This document shows, in pieces, positions 9,233 through 19,545 of a stretch of DNA of 64,000 nt (the stretch's first letter is position 1; the number at the start of each line of letters is the position of its first letter). The DNA is from an uncultured Bacillota bacterium (GTDB lineage Bacteria; Bacillota_I; Bacilli_A; RF39; UBA660): the NCBI GenBank assembly GCA_947644695.1, contig CANSAJ010000005.1, forward strand, positions 2,306 to 66,305. The letters run 5' to 3'. A program made the translations under genes and the position numbers. The notes under the pieces are model-generated. The model was not told where the DNA came from. It searched no databases and saw nothing but the letters and a program-made list of their open reading frames with translations.

Positions 9233-9904
9233 TTAGTTTCCTAAATCCTTTAAATTTAATTTGTAAAAGTTTTCTGGATCCATTAAAGAACCTTTATAAT
9301 AAACTTCAAAATGTAGAGAAGTTGAATAATTAGAATTAATTGAAGATGTACCACTTGTACCTATAACTTGTCCTTGTGTTACAGTATCTCCAACTTTTAA
9401 ATTAACTTTATCTATACCTTGATAAACAGTTATTAATTCTTTATCATGTTCCACTTTTACAACATTTCCTAAAATTTCATCAGTATCTACACTTAACACT
9501 TTACCATTTAGTACACTTACTACATCAAATACTGTCTCACTAATATAATCGACTCCTGAATTTTGCATATAAGTATTTTCATAGTAAATTATAGCATTTT
9601 CTTGATTTTTAGCCTCTGCTTCAAAATCATAGAAATATCTACCTATTGTAACTTTATCAGACTTATATGGTCTTATTATTTCATTTGGATTAGTAGGTGT
9701 AGTTGTATTATCATTATTATCACTTCCTTGAACTGGAACCGAGTCTTCATCTATTAATCCATTTACACTATAAGTAAAATCTTTCTTTTCAGTTAAATAT
9801 TTATTTATGCTAGTAATTGTAAGCACAATACATGCTATAACAGAAATTACGGAAATTAAATACACCCCTGGCACAAACAATTTCTTAACATTTAAATTTT
9901 TCAT
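9233..9904 (-). CDS. spoIIQ: Stage II sporulation protein Q (M23/LytM family)
   Basis: PGVYLIS N-terminal TM, degenerate M23 (NSGVDY...LHFEV...DPE), located between spoIID and spoIIID. Confidence 0.9.
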   Translation of the reverse strand: MKNLNVKKLFVPGVYLISVISVIACIVLTITSINKYLTEKKDFTYSVNGLIDEDSVPVQGSDNNDNTTTPTNPNEIIRPYKSDKVTIGRYFYDFEAEAKNQENAIIYYENTYMQNSGVDYISETVFDVVSVLNGKVLSVDTDEILGNVVKVEHDKELITVYQGIDKVNLKVGDTVTQGQVIGTSGTSSINSNYSTSLHFEVYYKGSLMDPENFYKLNLKDLGN

Positions 9905-9922
9905 TGCTCACTCTCCTACTTA

Positions 9923-9951
9923 TAATGTGAACAATAAATTTCTTTTTATAC
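9923..9951 (-). promoter_or_regulatory. Putative sigma-F promoter of spoIIQ
   Basis: GTATA-N14-GTTCACATTA, close to the sigma-F pattern. Confidence 0.5.
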
Positions 9952-9952
9952 A

Positions 9953-10879
9953 CTATAATGTCGAAATATCTACTCCTTGATAATAATGCTTTAATATTTC
10001 TTTATAAGAATAACCAAGTTTAGCCATCTCATTAGCGCCATACTGACTTAAACCTACTCCATGTCCATACCCTCTAGTAACAAATGTAATTAAATTATCA
10101 GAAATCTTAAAATCAAAATCTGTACTACGCAATCCTAACTTTTTCCTAAACTCTGTCCCCTTAAATATAGCCTCATTTACTTTAATAAAGTCTACTCTAC
10201 CTGAAGAACTTCTAGAAACTATTTCTATATTTATTTCTTTATTATCAGGTAAACCTAACTTATTTAAAAACTCACTAACTTCAAATTCTGTCTTTTTCTC
10301 ATAAGAAGAAACATTTTTGTCCCATGAAGATGATACACTAACTAAATAAGGTCTACTATCACCAAACACATTCTCTAAATTTTCTGTATACCCATTTGAT
10401 ATACTAAAATAAAAAGACTCTATAATTTGATTATTATACGTTATATATTCTCCATTAGTCTCTTCAACTACACCATTTATAATATTAAAATATTTATTAT
10501 AACCATCTCCCCATTTAGTTTTCATCGCCTCTTCATTAATAAAACACTGATCAGTATTAGTAGCAACATAAGTTGGACTCATATTTTGCTTATATAAATA
10601 AAATGTTCTAATCGCCACAGCTCCTGCCTTTAAAGCCTCTACATTAAAAGAAGCAGGCATTTCACAAGATAAAACACCTACTACATACTCATCAATTGTC
10701 ATATTTAAATCCTGACCATTATAAGACACTGCCACTGACTCTAAATTCCACATATCTTTTTTAACTTCTTCTTCTACTTGACTATCCTCATTTTTATCAG
10801 ATATTTCTTTAGTAGAATAATTCAAAGTAGCAATGTATACAACTAATAAAAATGGAATTAAAACAAAATATTTTTTCAT
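9953..10879 (-). CDS. spoIID: Stage II sporulation protein D (lytic transglycosylase)
   Basis: EYVVGVLSCEMPASFNVEALKA, GYGHGVGLSQYGANEMA, ILKHYY. Confidence 0.95.
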   Translation of the reverse strand: MKKYFVLIPFLLVVYIATLNYSTKEISDKNEDSQVEEEVKKDMWNLESVAVSYNGQDLNMTIDEYVVGVLSCEMPASFNVEALKAGAVAIRTFYLYKQNMSPTYVATNTDQCFINEEAMKTKWGDGYNKYFNIINGVVEETNGEYITYNNQIIESFYFSISNGYTENLENVFGDSRPYLVSVSSSWDKNVSSYEKKTEFEVSEFLNKLGLPDNKEINIEIVSRSSSGRVDFIKVNEAIFKGTEFRKKLGLRSTDFDFKISDNLITFVTRGYGHGVGLSQYGANEMAKLGYSYKEILKHYYQGVDISTL

Positions 10880-10907
10880 ATAAATATATATGCATAATAA
10901 ATATATT

Positions 10908-11405
10908 TTATTCTTCTTTTTTTGTCTTTACTTCTCTTTTTTTAACTGATTTAGTACTTTTTAAAATAGAAGCTTCATATTCTCTTATCTTATTAACGCG
11001 TCTAACAAGTCTATCTTCCTCTAAAAAACTAGATTTAAGAAATGCATCAATAATATCCTTTACTTCAAAAACTAATAAATCTGCAGATATACTTATTACA
11101 TTAGCATCATTGTGTTCTCTAGCAAGTCTTGCTTCCCTCACATTATCAACTTTAGCGCACATAATCCCAGGAACTTTATTAGCCGCAATAGTCATACCAT
11201 TACCTGTCCAACAAATTAAAATAGCAAGTTCTATTTCTTTATTATTAATAGCTTCACACACTTTCATAGCATAATCAAAAGAGTCTACACTTACACCTGA
11301 ATCAGTTCCATAATCTATAAATTCTATATTCTTTTTATAAAAATATTTCTTTAACTTTTCTTTTAATTTAAAACCTCTATGATCTGCCGCAATTCCAACC
11401 TTCAT
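10908..11405 (-). CDS. rpiB: Ribose-5-phosphate isomerase B family
   Basis: IAADHRGF, ICWTGNGMTIAANKVPG, AREHNDANV. Confidence 0.9.
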   Translation of the reverse strand: MKVGIAADHRGFKLKEKLKKYFYKKNIEFIDYGTDSGVSVDSFDYAMKVCEAINNKEIELAILICWTGNGMTIAANKVPGIMCAKVDNVREARLAREHNDANVISISADLLVFEVKDIIDAFLKSSFLEEDRLVRRVNKIREYEASILKSTKSVKKREVKTKKEE

Positions 11406-11480
11406 TTTATCACCCAATATTATTATAAATTAAAATTAAAAAATTAAAAGAGAAAAAATAAAAAATAGTCACTATCTTGA

Positions 11481-11678
11481 CTATTTAATTCCATACTTTT
11501 CTTTAAACTTTTGTACATTACCTGTTCTAGCAGTCATATGTTTACCTGTATAAAATGAATGACATTTATTACAAGATTCTAATTGAATCTCACTTTTAGT
11601 ACTTTTAACAGTAAACTCGTTACCACAAGCACACTTAACACTACATTCTTTAAGTTCTGGATGAATTCCTTTTTTCAT
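11481..11678 (-). CDS. rpmE: 50S ribosomal protein bL31 (Zn-binding type)
   Basis: MKKGIHP, CACGN, CNKCHSFYTG. Confidence 0.96.
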   Translation of the reverse strand: MKKGIHPELKECSVKCACGNEFTVKSTKSEIQLESCNKCHSFYTGKHMTARTGNVQKFKEKYGIK

Positions 11679-11686
11679 ATAATATT

Positions 11687-11732
11687 CTCCTTTCGCCATA
11701 GTTAAATACTAAACTATAGAAACTCTTTTGCT
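11687..11732 (-). promoter_or_regulatory. Putative bL31 leader hairpin
   Basis: GAGTTT-CTATAGTT...AACTATGG-CGAAAGGAG hairpin directly before the rpmE RBS. Resemblance to the Firmicutes L31 leader is inferred. Confidence 0.45.
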
Positions 11733-11779
11733 AAAGTAATATACCATATAATTTAAAATATTTCAAGACCAAAATAAAC

Positions 11780-12283
11780 TTAATAAAATTCCATAGATAA
11801 TAATGAATTAATAACTTCTATAACTAATTTATCTTTTTCATCTATCTCTTTCTTACTAAAAAGAATAACTGCTCCTATAGCATCTGCATCTATTATTAAT
11901 GGATAAATAAAATAAAACTTATCAATTTTTTCTTCTCCTATTACAAAAGAATAACCATTATCTTGTTTTCTATCATTTATCAAAGTTAATATCTTATTAT
12001 TTATCTTTTCGCTTAGATGCTTTTGATTAGAACTAGCAATTATTTGCTCTCTATCAGTAATATATATGTCATTATCAACTAATTTAGAAAACATTAACAA
12101 ATATTTTTGCACATTTTCTTGAACCGTAAGAACTTTTTGATACTTTTTTAAAACTATTTTTTCATCTTCCACATATATCTGCACATCTTCCCCATTTCTA
12201 ATATTTAAATTCTTTCTAATTTCTTTTGGAATTACTATTCTACCAAGTTCATCTATTTTTCTAATAACACCTGTATTTTTCAT
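11780..12283 (-). CDS. spoVT: SpoVT (AbrB-type N-domain plus GAF-like C-domain)
   Basis: TGVIRKIDELGRIVIPKEIR plus ITDREQIIA...DAIGAVILFSK; downstream of mfd as in Bacillus. Confidence 0.88.
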   Translation of the reverse strand: MKNTGVIRKIDELGRIVIPKEIRKNLNIRNGEDVQIYVEDEKIVLKKYQKVLTVQENVQKYLLMFSKLVDNDIYITDREQIIASSNQKHLSEKINNKILTLINDRKQDNGYSFVIGEEKIDKFYFIYPLIIDADAIGAVILFSKKEIDEKDKLVIEVINSLLSMEFY

Positions 12284-12331
12284 AAACACCTCTAATAGTT
12301 ATTTTTACTTATTATTAGAAATTTATACTAT

Positions 12332-12360
12332 TTGACATTAAACTTTAGATAAATTATACT
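12332..12360 (+). promoter_or_regulatory. Sigma-A promoter of ppa
   Basis: TTGACA-N17-TATACT. Confidence 0.7.
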
Positions 12361-12376
12361 TTAAATAGGTGATAAT

Positions 12377-12859
12377 ATGAATAATGTATATGAATGTATT
12401 ATAGAAATTCCAATGGGAACTAAGAATAAATATGAAGTAAATAAAGAGACAGGTAGAATAACTCTGGATAGAGTTTTATATAGTGCTTTAACCTACCCTG
12501 GAGAATATGGTTTTATAGAAGACACATTATCAGAAGATGGAGATCCACTAGATATATTGGTAATTAGTTCTTATCCAACTTTTCCAGGATGTGTAGTCGC
12601 AGCAAGAATTCTTGGATATTTAACCGTTATAGATAATGGAGAACATGATGAAAAAGTAATAGCTGTTGTAGACAAAGACCCTAGATTTGATGGAATAAAC
12701 TGCATTGAAGACTTAAAAGAACAACAAAAAGCAGAAATAAAAGACTTCTTTGAAAGTTATAAAAAATTACAAAATATCAAAGTAGAAATAGATGACTTTC
12801 ATGGCAAAGAAGAAGCATTAGATTTAATAAAAAAATGTAAAGAAAATTTTAAAGGCTAA
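12377..12859 (+). CDS. ppa: Family I inorganic pyrophosphatase
   Basis: IEIPMGTKNKYE, YGFI, DGDPLD, DEKVIAV. Confidence 0.96.
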   Translation: MNNVYECIIEIPMGTKNKYEVNKETGRITLDRVLYSALTYPGEYGFIEDTLSEDGDPLDILVISSYPTFPGCVVAARILGYLTVIDNGEHDEKVIAVVDKDPRFDGINCIEDLKEQQKAEIKDFFESYKKLQNIKVEIDDFHGKEEALDLIKKCKENFKG

Positions 12860-12931
12860 TAAGCCTTTTTTAATATTGATTATCTTTTTAAAGCTAAAAT
12901 CCAAAACAAATGAAAACTAAGAACGTTAATA

Positions 12932-15900
12932 CTAACTATTCTTAGTTTTTTCTATATAATTTAAAAGTTCAAAAATATAATATAAATAATGTTTCTCTAA
13001 ATTAAGTTTAGAAAGTGTAATATGAATTGCATTCCCTCTATATGCAAAATTAAATCTAGTAGATATTTTTGTAGACTCAATAAATAACTTTTCTACATTT
13101 ATATGTTTATATAAATCTTCTTCCAATTTAAAAGAAAATTTCATTCTATCATTAATTAACAATTTTATATTTAACCTATTTATGTATTTTTCTACTAATT
13201 CTTGATACATATATATTTCTAATTTTTCTTCGACTTTACCAAATCTATCCTCTATTTCATCATAAACTAATTTGAAATCATTCATATTTTCAATACTTGC
13301 TATCTTTTTATGTAGTTCAATTATAATAGTGTCTTCATCTGAATAATCTACTCCAATATGATTAGCAACATCATCTATCTTAATTAGAGAATTATCACTT
13401 TCTTCCTCTTCTTTTCCACTCAATTCTTCATTAACAAGGGCAATATACATATCAACACCAACTGAATCTATAAATCCAGCCTGTTCTCTTCCAAGCAAAT
13501 CCCCAGCTCCACGTATACTTAAATCTCTCATTGCAATCTTATATCCACTTCCAAGTTCAGTAAACTCTTTTATAGCATCTAATCTCTTAATAGCAGTCTC
13601 AGTTAAAACACGTGCTTTATCATACATAAGATACGCATATGCTTGTCTATCTCCTCTTCCAACTCTTCCTCTTATTTGATAAAGTTGAGAAAGCCCAAAC
13701 CTATCAGCATTCATAACTATAATAGTATTAGCATTAGGTATATCAATTCCATTTTCAATTATAGTAGTACTAACTAGCACATCAAAACTACCTTGATCAA
13801 ACTCATACATCACATCTTGCATTTCTTCTTTATTCATTTGCCCATGTGCATAATCAATACTCACTTCTGGTATTAATCTTCTAAGTCCATTAACTAAACT
13901 ATCCATATCTTCCACTTTATTATATAAAATGAATACTTGCCCATTTCTTGCTTTTTCCTTTAATACAACTTCTCTAAGCAAATATGGATCATAACTTATG
14001 ACATAAGTTTGAACAGGCAATTTATTAAGCGGTGGAGTTTCAATTAAAGATAAATCTCTGACACCTATTAAACTCATTTGAAGACTTCTTGGAATAGGAG
14101 TTGCAGACACACTTAAAACATGAACATCAGACTTTATTTCTTTTATTCTTTCTTTGTGCATAACTCCAAATCTTTGCTCTTCATCTATTACTAAAAGTCC
14201 TAAATCTTTAAACTGAATATCACCACTTAACAATCTATGAGTTCCAAAAATAACATCTATAGTCCCTTTTTTAAGGCTTTCTAGAATATCTTTAACCTCT
14301 TTATGTGTAGTATATCTATTTAAAACAGCAATATTAACTCCAAAATTTTTAAATCTACTTTGTGCGGACAGAAATTGTTGATAACTAAGTAAAGTTGTAG
14401 GACACAAGTACATAACTTGTTTATTATTCATAACTGTTTTAAAAATCGCGCGAAAAATTACTTCTGTTTTACCATACCCAACATCTCCACATAAAAGCCT
14501 ATCCATAGGTTTATTACTTTCTAAGTCTCTTTTTATTTCAATTGTACTTCTTAACTGATCCGCAGTCACTTCATAAGGAAACTCATTTTCAAAAACTGTT
14601 TGCTCGGGTGTATCTGACAAAAATGCTTCTACTTTAGAATTACTTCTATTTTTATAAATTTTAATTAATTCTTCACTTATATCTTTAATCTTATTCTTAA
14701 TTTTCATTTTAGTTTTTTGCCATTCAGTACTATTAAGTTTATGAATTACAGGCCTAGCGCCATCTTTTGAAGAATACTTATATAATTTATCTAGATTATC
14801 AACAGAAAGATATAATTTATCATCACCCTTATACTTAATTAAAATATAATCTTTATCTAACCCGTTTTTAGATATAGTTGAAATACCCATATACACACCA
14901 ATACCATTAGTTTGATGTACAACATAATCTCCTATTTCCAATTTATCTATAGAGTCTATCTTTTTCCCTATTTTATAACCAGTATTATATTTAAGCCTCT
15001 TAGTAACTTCACATAAATCATTCTTAGAATAATATGATATACCATTATATATAAAACCATTAATCAAGTTGACATCTATTATTTTACTAGGAGAAACATT
15101 AATTGAATTTAAAAACTGTTTATCTGTAGTACATAAAAAAGCATTAGATGAATTTATATCACTTTGAAATCTTTCTTTATCATTTGAATAATTAATAATT
15201 GATTTAGCACTTATAACAATATCATATTTACTATTATTATCTATAGTATCAATAAAAACAAAAGATTCACTTCTTATATCCTGTAGACTAAACATAGATA
15301 TATTATCATCATAATGACTCATCTGTTCTATTATACTTCTCTCTACATTTAATATTTGATTATAGTCTTGATATATTACCATAGGATTAAAAATATAATC
15401 TAAAACTGAAGAAGAACTATCTTGATACTCATCTACTATTGGTTTTATTATAAATTCTTCAATATTTTCTGAAGACCTTTGTGTATTTTCATCAAAATAT
15501 TTAATTTCATCTATAACACTATCAAAAAATTCTATCCTAATTGGATGATCTTCAAAAATAGGAAAAATATCCACAACAAAACCCCTAACACTATACTCAC
15601 CTGTATTAGTTACTAAACTTTCTCTTTTATATCCAATATCTTCTAACTTCTCTATCAAGGTGTCTCTATCAACACTTTTAGAAATACTAAGTTTAATATT
15701 CTTTTCTGCTAATTTATCTTTTTTAGGTAATTTCTTTAAAAAACTATTAGTATGACATATTAATAAACATTTTTCATTAGAATTTATATTATTAAGAAAT
15801 CTCATTCTCATATACTGAAGTTCAGGAGAAGTAGCTATAGCTTTTTTAGTTAAATAATCATCATCAGGAAATATAAAAACATTAGAAATAGATCCGTCTA

Positions 15901-16066
15901 ACATACCATATAACTTATTAGCTTCATTTAAAGACGGTGTTACTAAAACTATACTTTTCTCCAATGAAGAAAACATATACATTAATAATTGTCTGTATAT
16001 TTCATTATCAGTTATAGAAATTTTATTTCCTTCATTAATTTTTAAATCAAAGAGATTTTCTATCAT
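12932..16066 (-). CDS. mfd: Transcription-repair coupling factor
   Basis: MDRLLCGDVGYGKTEV, DEEQRFGV, QIRGRVGR, RDLSIRGAG; RID segment GDYVVH. Confidence 0.97.
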   Translation of the reverse strand: MIENLFDLKINEGNKISITDNEIYRQLLMYMFSSLEKSIVLVTPSLNEANKLYGMLDGSISNVFIFPDDDYLTKKAIATSPELQYMRMRFLNNINSNEKCLLICHTNSFLKKLPKKDKLAEKNIKLSISKSVDRDTLIEKLEDIGYKRESLVTNTGEYSVRGFVVDIFPIFEDHPIRIEFFDSVIDEIKYFDENTQRSSENIEEFIIKPIVDEYQDSSSSVLDYIFNPMVIYQDYNQILNVERSIIEQMSHYDDNISMFSLQDIRSESFVFIDTIDNNSKYDIVISAKSIINYSNDKERFQSDINSSNAFLCTTDKQFLNSINVSPSKIIDVNLINGFIYNGISYYSKNDLCEVTKRLKYNTGYKIGKKIDSIDKLEIGDYVVHQTNGIGVYMGISTISKNGLDKDYILIKYKGDDKLYLSVDNLDKLYKYSSKDGARPVIHKLNSTEWQKTKMKIKNKIKDISEELIKIYKNRSNSKVEAFLSDTPEQTVFENEFPYEVTADQLRSTIEIKRDLESNKPMDRLLCGDVGYGKTEVIFRAIFKTVMNNKQVMYLCPTTLLSYQQFLSAQSRFKNFGVNIAVLNRYTTHKEVKDILESLKKGTIDVIFGTHRLLSGDIQFKDLGLLVIDEEQRFGVMHKERIKEIKSDVHVLSVSATPIPRSLQMSLIGVRDLSLIETPPLNKLPVQTYVISYDPYLLREVVLKEKARNGQVFILYNKVEDMDSLVNGLRRLIPEVSIDYAHGQMNKEEMQDVMYEFDQGSFDVLVSTTIIENGIDIPNANTIIVMNADRFGLSQLYQIRGRVGRGDRQAYAYLMYDKARVLTETAIKRLDAIKEFTELGSGYKIAMRDLSIRGAGDLLGREQAGFIDSVGVDMYIALVNEELSGKEEEESDNSLIKIDDVANHIGVDYSDEDTIIIELHKKIASIENMNDFKLVYDEIEDRFGKVEEKLEIYMYQELVEKYINRLNIKLLINDRMKFSFKLEEDLYKHINVEKLFIESTKISTRFNFAYRGNAIHITLSKLNLEKHYLYYIFELLNYIEKTKNS

Positions 16067-16637
16067 AAGAAACGTCTACCTTTTCACTCGCATTTATACA
16101 ATTCCTTACATCATATCCATTAATATGATATCTAAATTTATTAAATTTATAAATATAAATTGCATTTTTATTATAATCTATAGGAACTTTTCCTTCAAAT
16201 ATCTGTTTACGCATAAAAACATCTAAAGAACACATAATTAATTCTTTAATATCACTAAACTCATGTATTCCAGCATAGTATATTGAATTATCATTATACA
16301 TAGGCTCAAACCAATATACTTTATCATTCTCATAAAACACTAAAAAAGTATGACTAGGACAGCCCGCATTATCATCATAAAAAATATAGTAAGTTTCAAA
16401 TTTAAAATCTGTCATCGCTTCAAAAAAAGCCCTAGAGAGTTCAGTCAAATCCCAACATATACCTATTCTACTTTTTAAAAGTTCACTTGGACTTTGCAAA
16501 CTATAAGTCGCTGCATCATTTACTCCAAAATGTTGAACACCATTATTATCTACCCAACCATAACGAAAATTATCTCTAACAAATTCAAAGTAATCTTTAA
16601 TATTTAAAATGCCAAGTTTCTCAAATTCTTTTTTCAT
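16047..16637 (-). CDS. Transglutaminase-like (Cys-His-acid) protein
   Basis: SPSELLKSRIGICWD...HTFLVF...YWFE pattern. Confidence 0.65.
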   Translation of the reverse strand: MKKEFEKLGILNIKDYFEFVRDNFRYGWVDNNGVQHFGVNDAATYSLQSPSELLKSRIGICWDLTELSRAFFEAMTDFKFETYYIFYDDNAGCPSHTFLVFYENDKVYWFEPMYNDNSIYYAGIHEFSDIKELIMCSLDVFMRKQIFEGKVPIDYNKNAIYIYKFNKFRYHINGYDVRNCINASEKVDVSYDRKSL

Positions 16638-16639
16638 AC

Positions 16640-17188
16640 TTACCTCTGATTATACTTACTCATTAAAACTTCGAAGTCTAACTTAAAATAATCATTTAAC
16701 ACGCTTTTAAGAGTCTCAAATTCTTTATCTAATTTATTTTGTTCTTCTTTTCCAAAATTACCTAAAACATAATTAACTTTATCATACTTACTTCTTGATA
16801 TACCTATTCTAATTCTTTTAAATTCTTCAGTACCTATATTACTAATAATACTTTTGATTCCATTGTGCCCCGCAGCAGAACCATTTTTCTTAATCTTAAA
16901 AGCTCCCACTTCAAAATCCATATCATCATATATAACTAACAAATTCTCTATAGAGATTTTATAATAGTCCAAAAATTTTCTAACGGCTCTTCCACTATCA
17001 TTCATATATGTAATAGGTTTTAAAAAAATAACTTTATCTCCATTAATTGTCTTTTCACAAAAAAGAGCAGAATGTTTTTCTTTAAATAAAACATCTCCTA
17101 AATAATAATCAATAAATCTAAATCCAACATTATGACGAGTATTTTCATATTCTTTACCTGGGTTACCTAAACCTACAACTAATTTCAT
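16640..17188 (-). CDS. pth: Peptidyl-tRNA hydrolase
   Basis: VGLGNPGKEYENTRHNVGF, GHNGIKS. Confidence 0.98.
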   Translation of the reverse strand: MKLVVGLGNPGKEYENTRHNVGFRFIDYYLGDVLFKEKHSALFCEKTINGDKVIFLKPITYMNDSGRAVRKFLDYYKISIENLLVIYDDMDFEVGAFKIKKNGSAAGHNGIKSIISNIGTEEFKRIRIGISRSKYDKVNYVLGNFGKEEQNKLDKEFETLKSVLNDYFKLDFEVLMSKYNQR

Positions 17189-18024
17189 TTCTTTCTCTCC
17201 TCATACATATTATATAGTAAATTTCTACTAACATTATTATCTTTTGCCAACTTTTTAATTGCTTCTTTTGGAGCAACACCTAAATTAATTAAATTAATTA
17301 CTTCCTCATATACTTTTTCAATATCAATTTCATTACTTCCAGCCTCAATTACTATAACAATTTCTCCTCTTACTTCAGTGTAAAATTCTAAAGCCTCATT
17401 TACAGTTCCTCTAAATACCTCTTCATGTAGTTTTGATATTTCCCGGGAAATAGAAATCGCCCTATTTCCAAGGGTTTGCGAGATTTTTTGTAAAGTTTTA
17501 TAAAGTCTATGAGGGGCTTCATATAAAACAATAGTAAAGTTTATATTGCTTAACATTTTTAATTCAGTCATCGCTTCAGATTCTTTTGAACTTAGAAAAC
17601 CGTAAAATAAAAACCTCTCCGCTGATATATTTGACATATTTAATGCTGGTAATAAAGCACTAGCTCCTGGCAAAGCAATTACATTATAACCTGCTTTAAT
17701 TACATTACTAACTACCACTGAACCAGGATCACTAATTAATGGAGTTCCTCTATCTGTCACCAAAGCAAGATTTTTATTTTGAGAAAGTAAATTTAAAACA
17801 GAATCACTCACCTTGACTTCATTAAATTTATGGCATGGATAAACTTTATTTTTAATATCTAGTGCATTTAATAATTGAATAGTTACTCTAGTATCCTCCG
17901 CAAAAATAGCATCAACACTAGATAATATCTCCACCGCTCTATAAGTTATATCTTTTAAATTTCCTATTGGTGTAGGAACAATATATAAATTTCCATTTTC
18001 TCTATCATAACTTTTTTGTACCAT
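17185..18024 (-). CDS. rsmI: 16S rRNA C1402 2'-O-methyltransferase
   Basis: LYIVPTPIGNL, AEDTR, GTPLISDPG, YEAPHRL. Confidence 0.97.
   Translation of the reverse strand: MVQKSYDRENGNLYIVPTPIGNLKDITYRAVEILSSVDAIFAEDTRVTIQLLNALDIKNKVYPCHKFNEVKVSDSVLNLLSQNKNLALVTDRGTPLISDPGSVVVSNVIKAGYNVIALPGASALLPALNMSNISAERFLFYGFLSSKESEAMTELKMLSNINFTIVLYEAPHRLYKTLQKISQTLGNRAISISREISKLHEEVFRGTVNEALEFYTEVRGEIVIVIEAGSNEIDIEKVYEEVINLINLGVAPKEAIKKLAKDNNVSRNLLYNMYEERKK
17437..17452. promoter_or_regulatory. Noc-binding site (NBS) inside rsmI
   Basis: Perfect palindrome TATTTCCCGGGAAATA, identical to the B. subtilis NBS consensus. Confidence 0.85.
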
Positions 18025-18026
18025 AA

Positions 18027-18761
18027 CTACCTCTCAAACATATTTAAAACTTCCTCTGTATATGAACCATCTTCATTATGGCAAATAAGCGGAGGCAAAA
18101 CTTTAAGACCTACATTTCCATTTTTTCTAGCATCTATTAAAACTAAATTTGAATTTTCTCCTGTTTTAGGATAAATAAATCTCATTCTTTTAGGTGCTAA
18201 ATTATTATCTTCCATTAATTTTATTATTTCCGAAAGCCTATCAGTTCTATGAACAATAACTAAACTTCCATTATTCTTTAATAATTTTCTTCCTATTTTA
18301 ATTATATCTTCTAAAGTTATAGAAATCTCATGCCTAGCAATTGATTTTACAGAATTATCATTTATATTACTACTTTCAACATATTTAAAATAAGGAGGAT
18401 TGCAAGTAATTAGATCAAAACTATCTGTATTAAACTCACTTGCTATATTACGCGCATCCATATTAATGAGACTAATTCTATCTTGAAGATTATTTATACC
18501 AACTGACTTCACTGCCAAATCATAAATTTCCTTTTGAATTTCTACGCCTATTATATTTGAAGAAGTCAAAGTACTTAGAATAAGAGGAATAGGTGCATTA
18601 CCCGTACACAAATCCATAATCTTAAGATTTCCTTTTTTTATCTCGCAAAATCTTGGAAGTAAAACAGATTCTAAACTAAAATTAAAATATTCAGTATTTT
18701 GAACAATTTTTAAATTTTCATATCCGACTAAATCATTTACTACATTTGCCACATTCATCAC
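18027..18761 (-). CDS. yabB: tRNA1(Val) A37 N6-methyltransferase (YabB/TrmN6)
   Basis: DLCTGNAPIPL, CNPPYF, IARHEI. Confidence 0.92.
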   Translation of the reverse strand: MMNVANVVNDLVGYENLKIVQNTEYFNFSLESVLLPRFCEIKKGNLKIMDLCTGNAPIPLILSTLTSSNIIGVEIQKEIYDLAVKSVGINNLQDRISLINMDARNIASEFNTDSFDLITCNPPYFKYVESSNINDNSVKSIARHEISITLEDIIKIGRKLLKNNGSLVIVHRTDRLSEIIKLMEDNNLAPKRMRFIYPKTGENSNLVLIDARKNGNVGLKVLPPLICHNEDGSYTEEVLNMFER

Positions 18762-19545
18762 ACTTACTTTTTAAAGATACTACAACTTTTCCTTCTTCTG
18801 GAACATTAACTGTATAAGTTTTATTCAAAATATCTAATGAAACAACCTTACCTTTACCACTATCTGTTTGAACTTCATCTCCTAAGTTAGGTAAATCTTT
18901 TCTATGCTCTGAATAAACATCATCTTCATAATTTAAACAACAAAGAAGTCTTCCGCATTGACCATTAATTTTATTAGGATTTAAAGCTATATTTTGATTT
19001 TTAGCCATATTAATACTAACTGATTCCATAAAATCATTTAAAAAAGAAGAACAGCATAATTCTCTACCACATTGGCCAATACCAGAAATTGTTTTTGCTT
19101 TATCTCTAACACCTATCTGTCTTAACTCTATTCTAGTCTTATATATTGATGCTAGCTCCTTAGCCATATCTCGAAAATCAACTCTTATATCTGATAAAAA
19201 ATAAAAGATTAATTGATTTCTATCTAAAGTATATACTGATTCAATTACATTCATATTTAAATTAAGTTTTTTAGATATACTTTTCGCTTTTATCAAAGCT
19301 TTACTTGCATCAATTAGATTTTTATTATAATTTTTAATATCTTTATCAGTAGCTATCCTTAAAATTGGTTTAATATTATCTAAAACATCTTTATTCTTAA
19401 TATCACAAATTACAACTGTACCTAATTGAAGGCCTCTTTCAGTTTCTACTACTACCTTATTTCCATCACTTAAATTTAAATTATTACTATCAAAAAAATA
19501 AGCTTTACCATTTTCCTTAAAAATAATTCCTACAATTTTATTCAT
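18733..19545 (-). CDS. ricT: RicT/YaaT (PSP1 domain)
   Basis: RVDFRDMAKELA, RIELRQIGVRD, GQCGRELCC, CGRLLCCL. Confidence 0.95.
   Translation of the reverse strand: MNKIVGIIFKENGKAYFFDSNNLNLSDGNKVVVETERGLQLGTVVICDIKNKDVLDNIKPILRIATDKDIKNYNKNLIDASKALIKAKSISKKLNLNMNVIESVYTLDRNQLIFYFLSDIRVDFRDMAKELASIYKTRIELRQIGVRDKAKTISGIGQCGRELCCSSFLNDFMESVSINMAKNQNIALNPNKINGQCGRLLCCLNYEDDVYSEHRKDLPNLGDEVQTDSGKGKVVSLDILNKTYTVNVPEEGKVVVSLKSKCDECGKCSK

Noticed and set aside
9959-9965. Isolated TGTCGAA near the spoIIQ promoter (another at ~57024)
   Set aside because: Single 7-mers inside coding sequence without a phased partner; expected by chance.
11162-11177. Weak NBS-like sequences (also ~55420)
   Set aside because: Several mismatches in the palindrome; not distinguishable from background.
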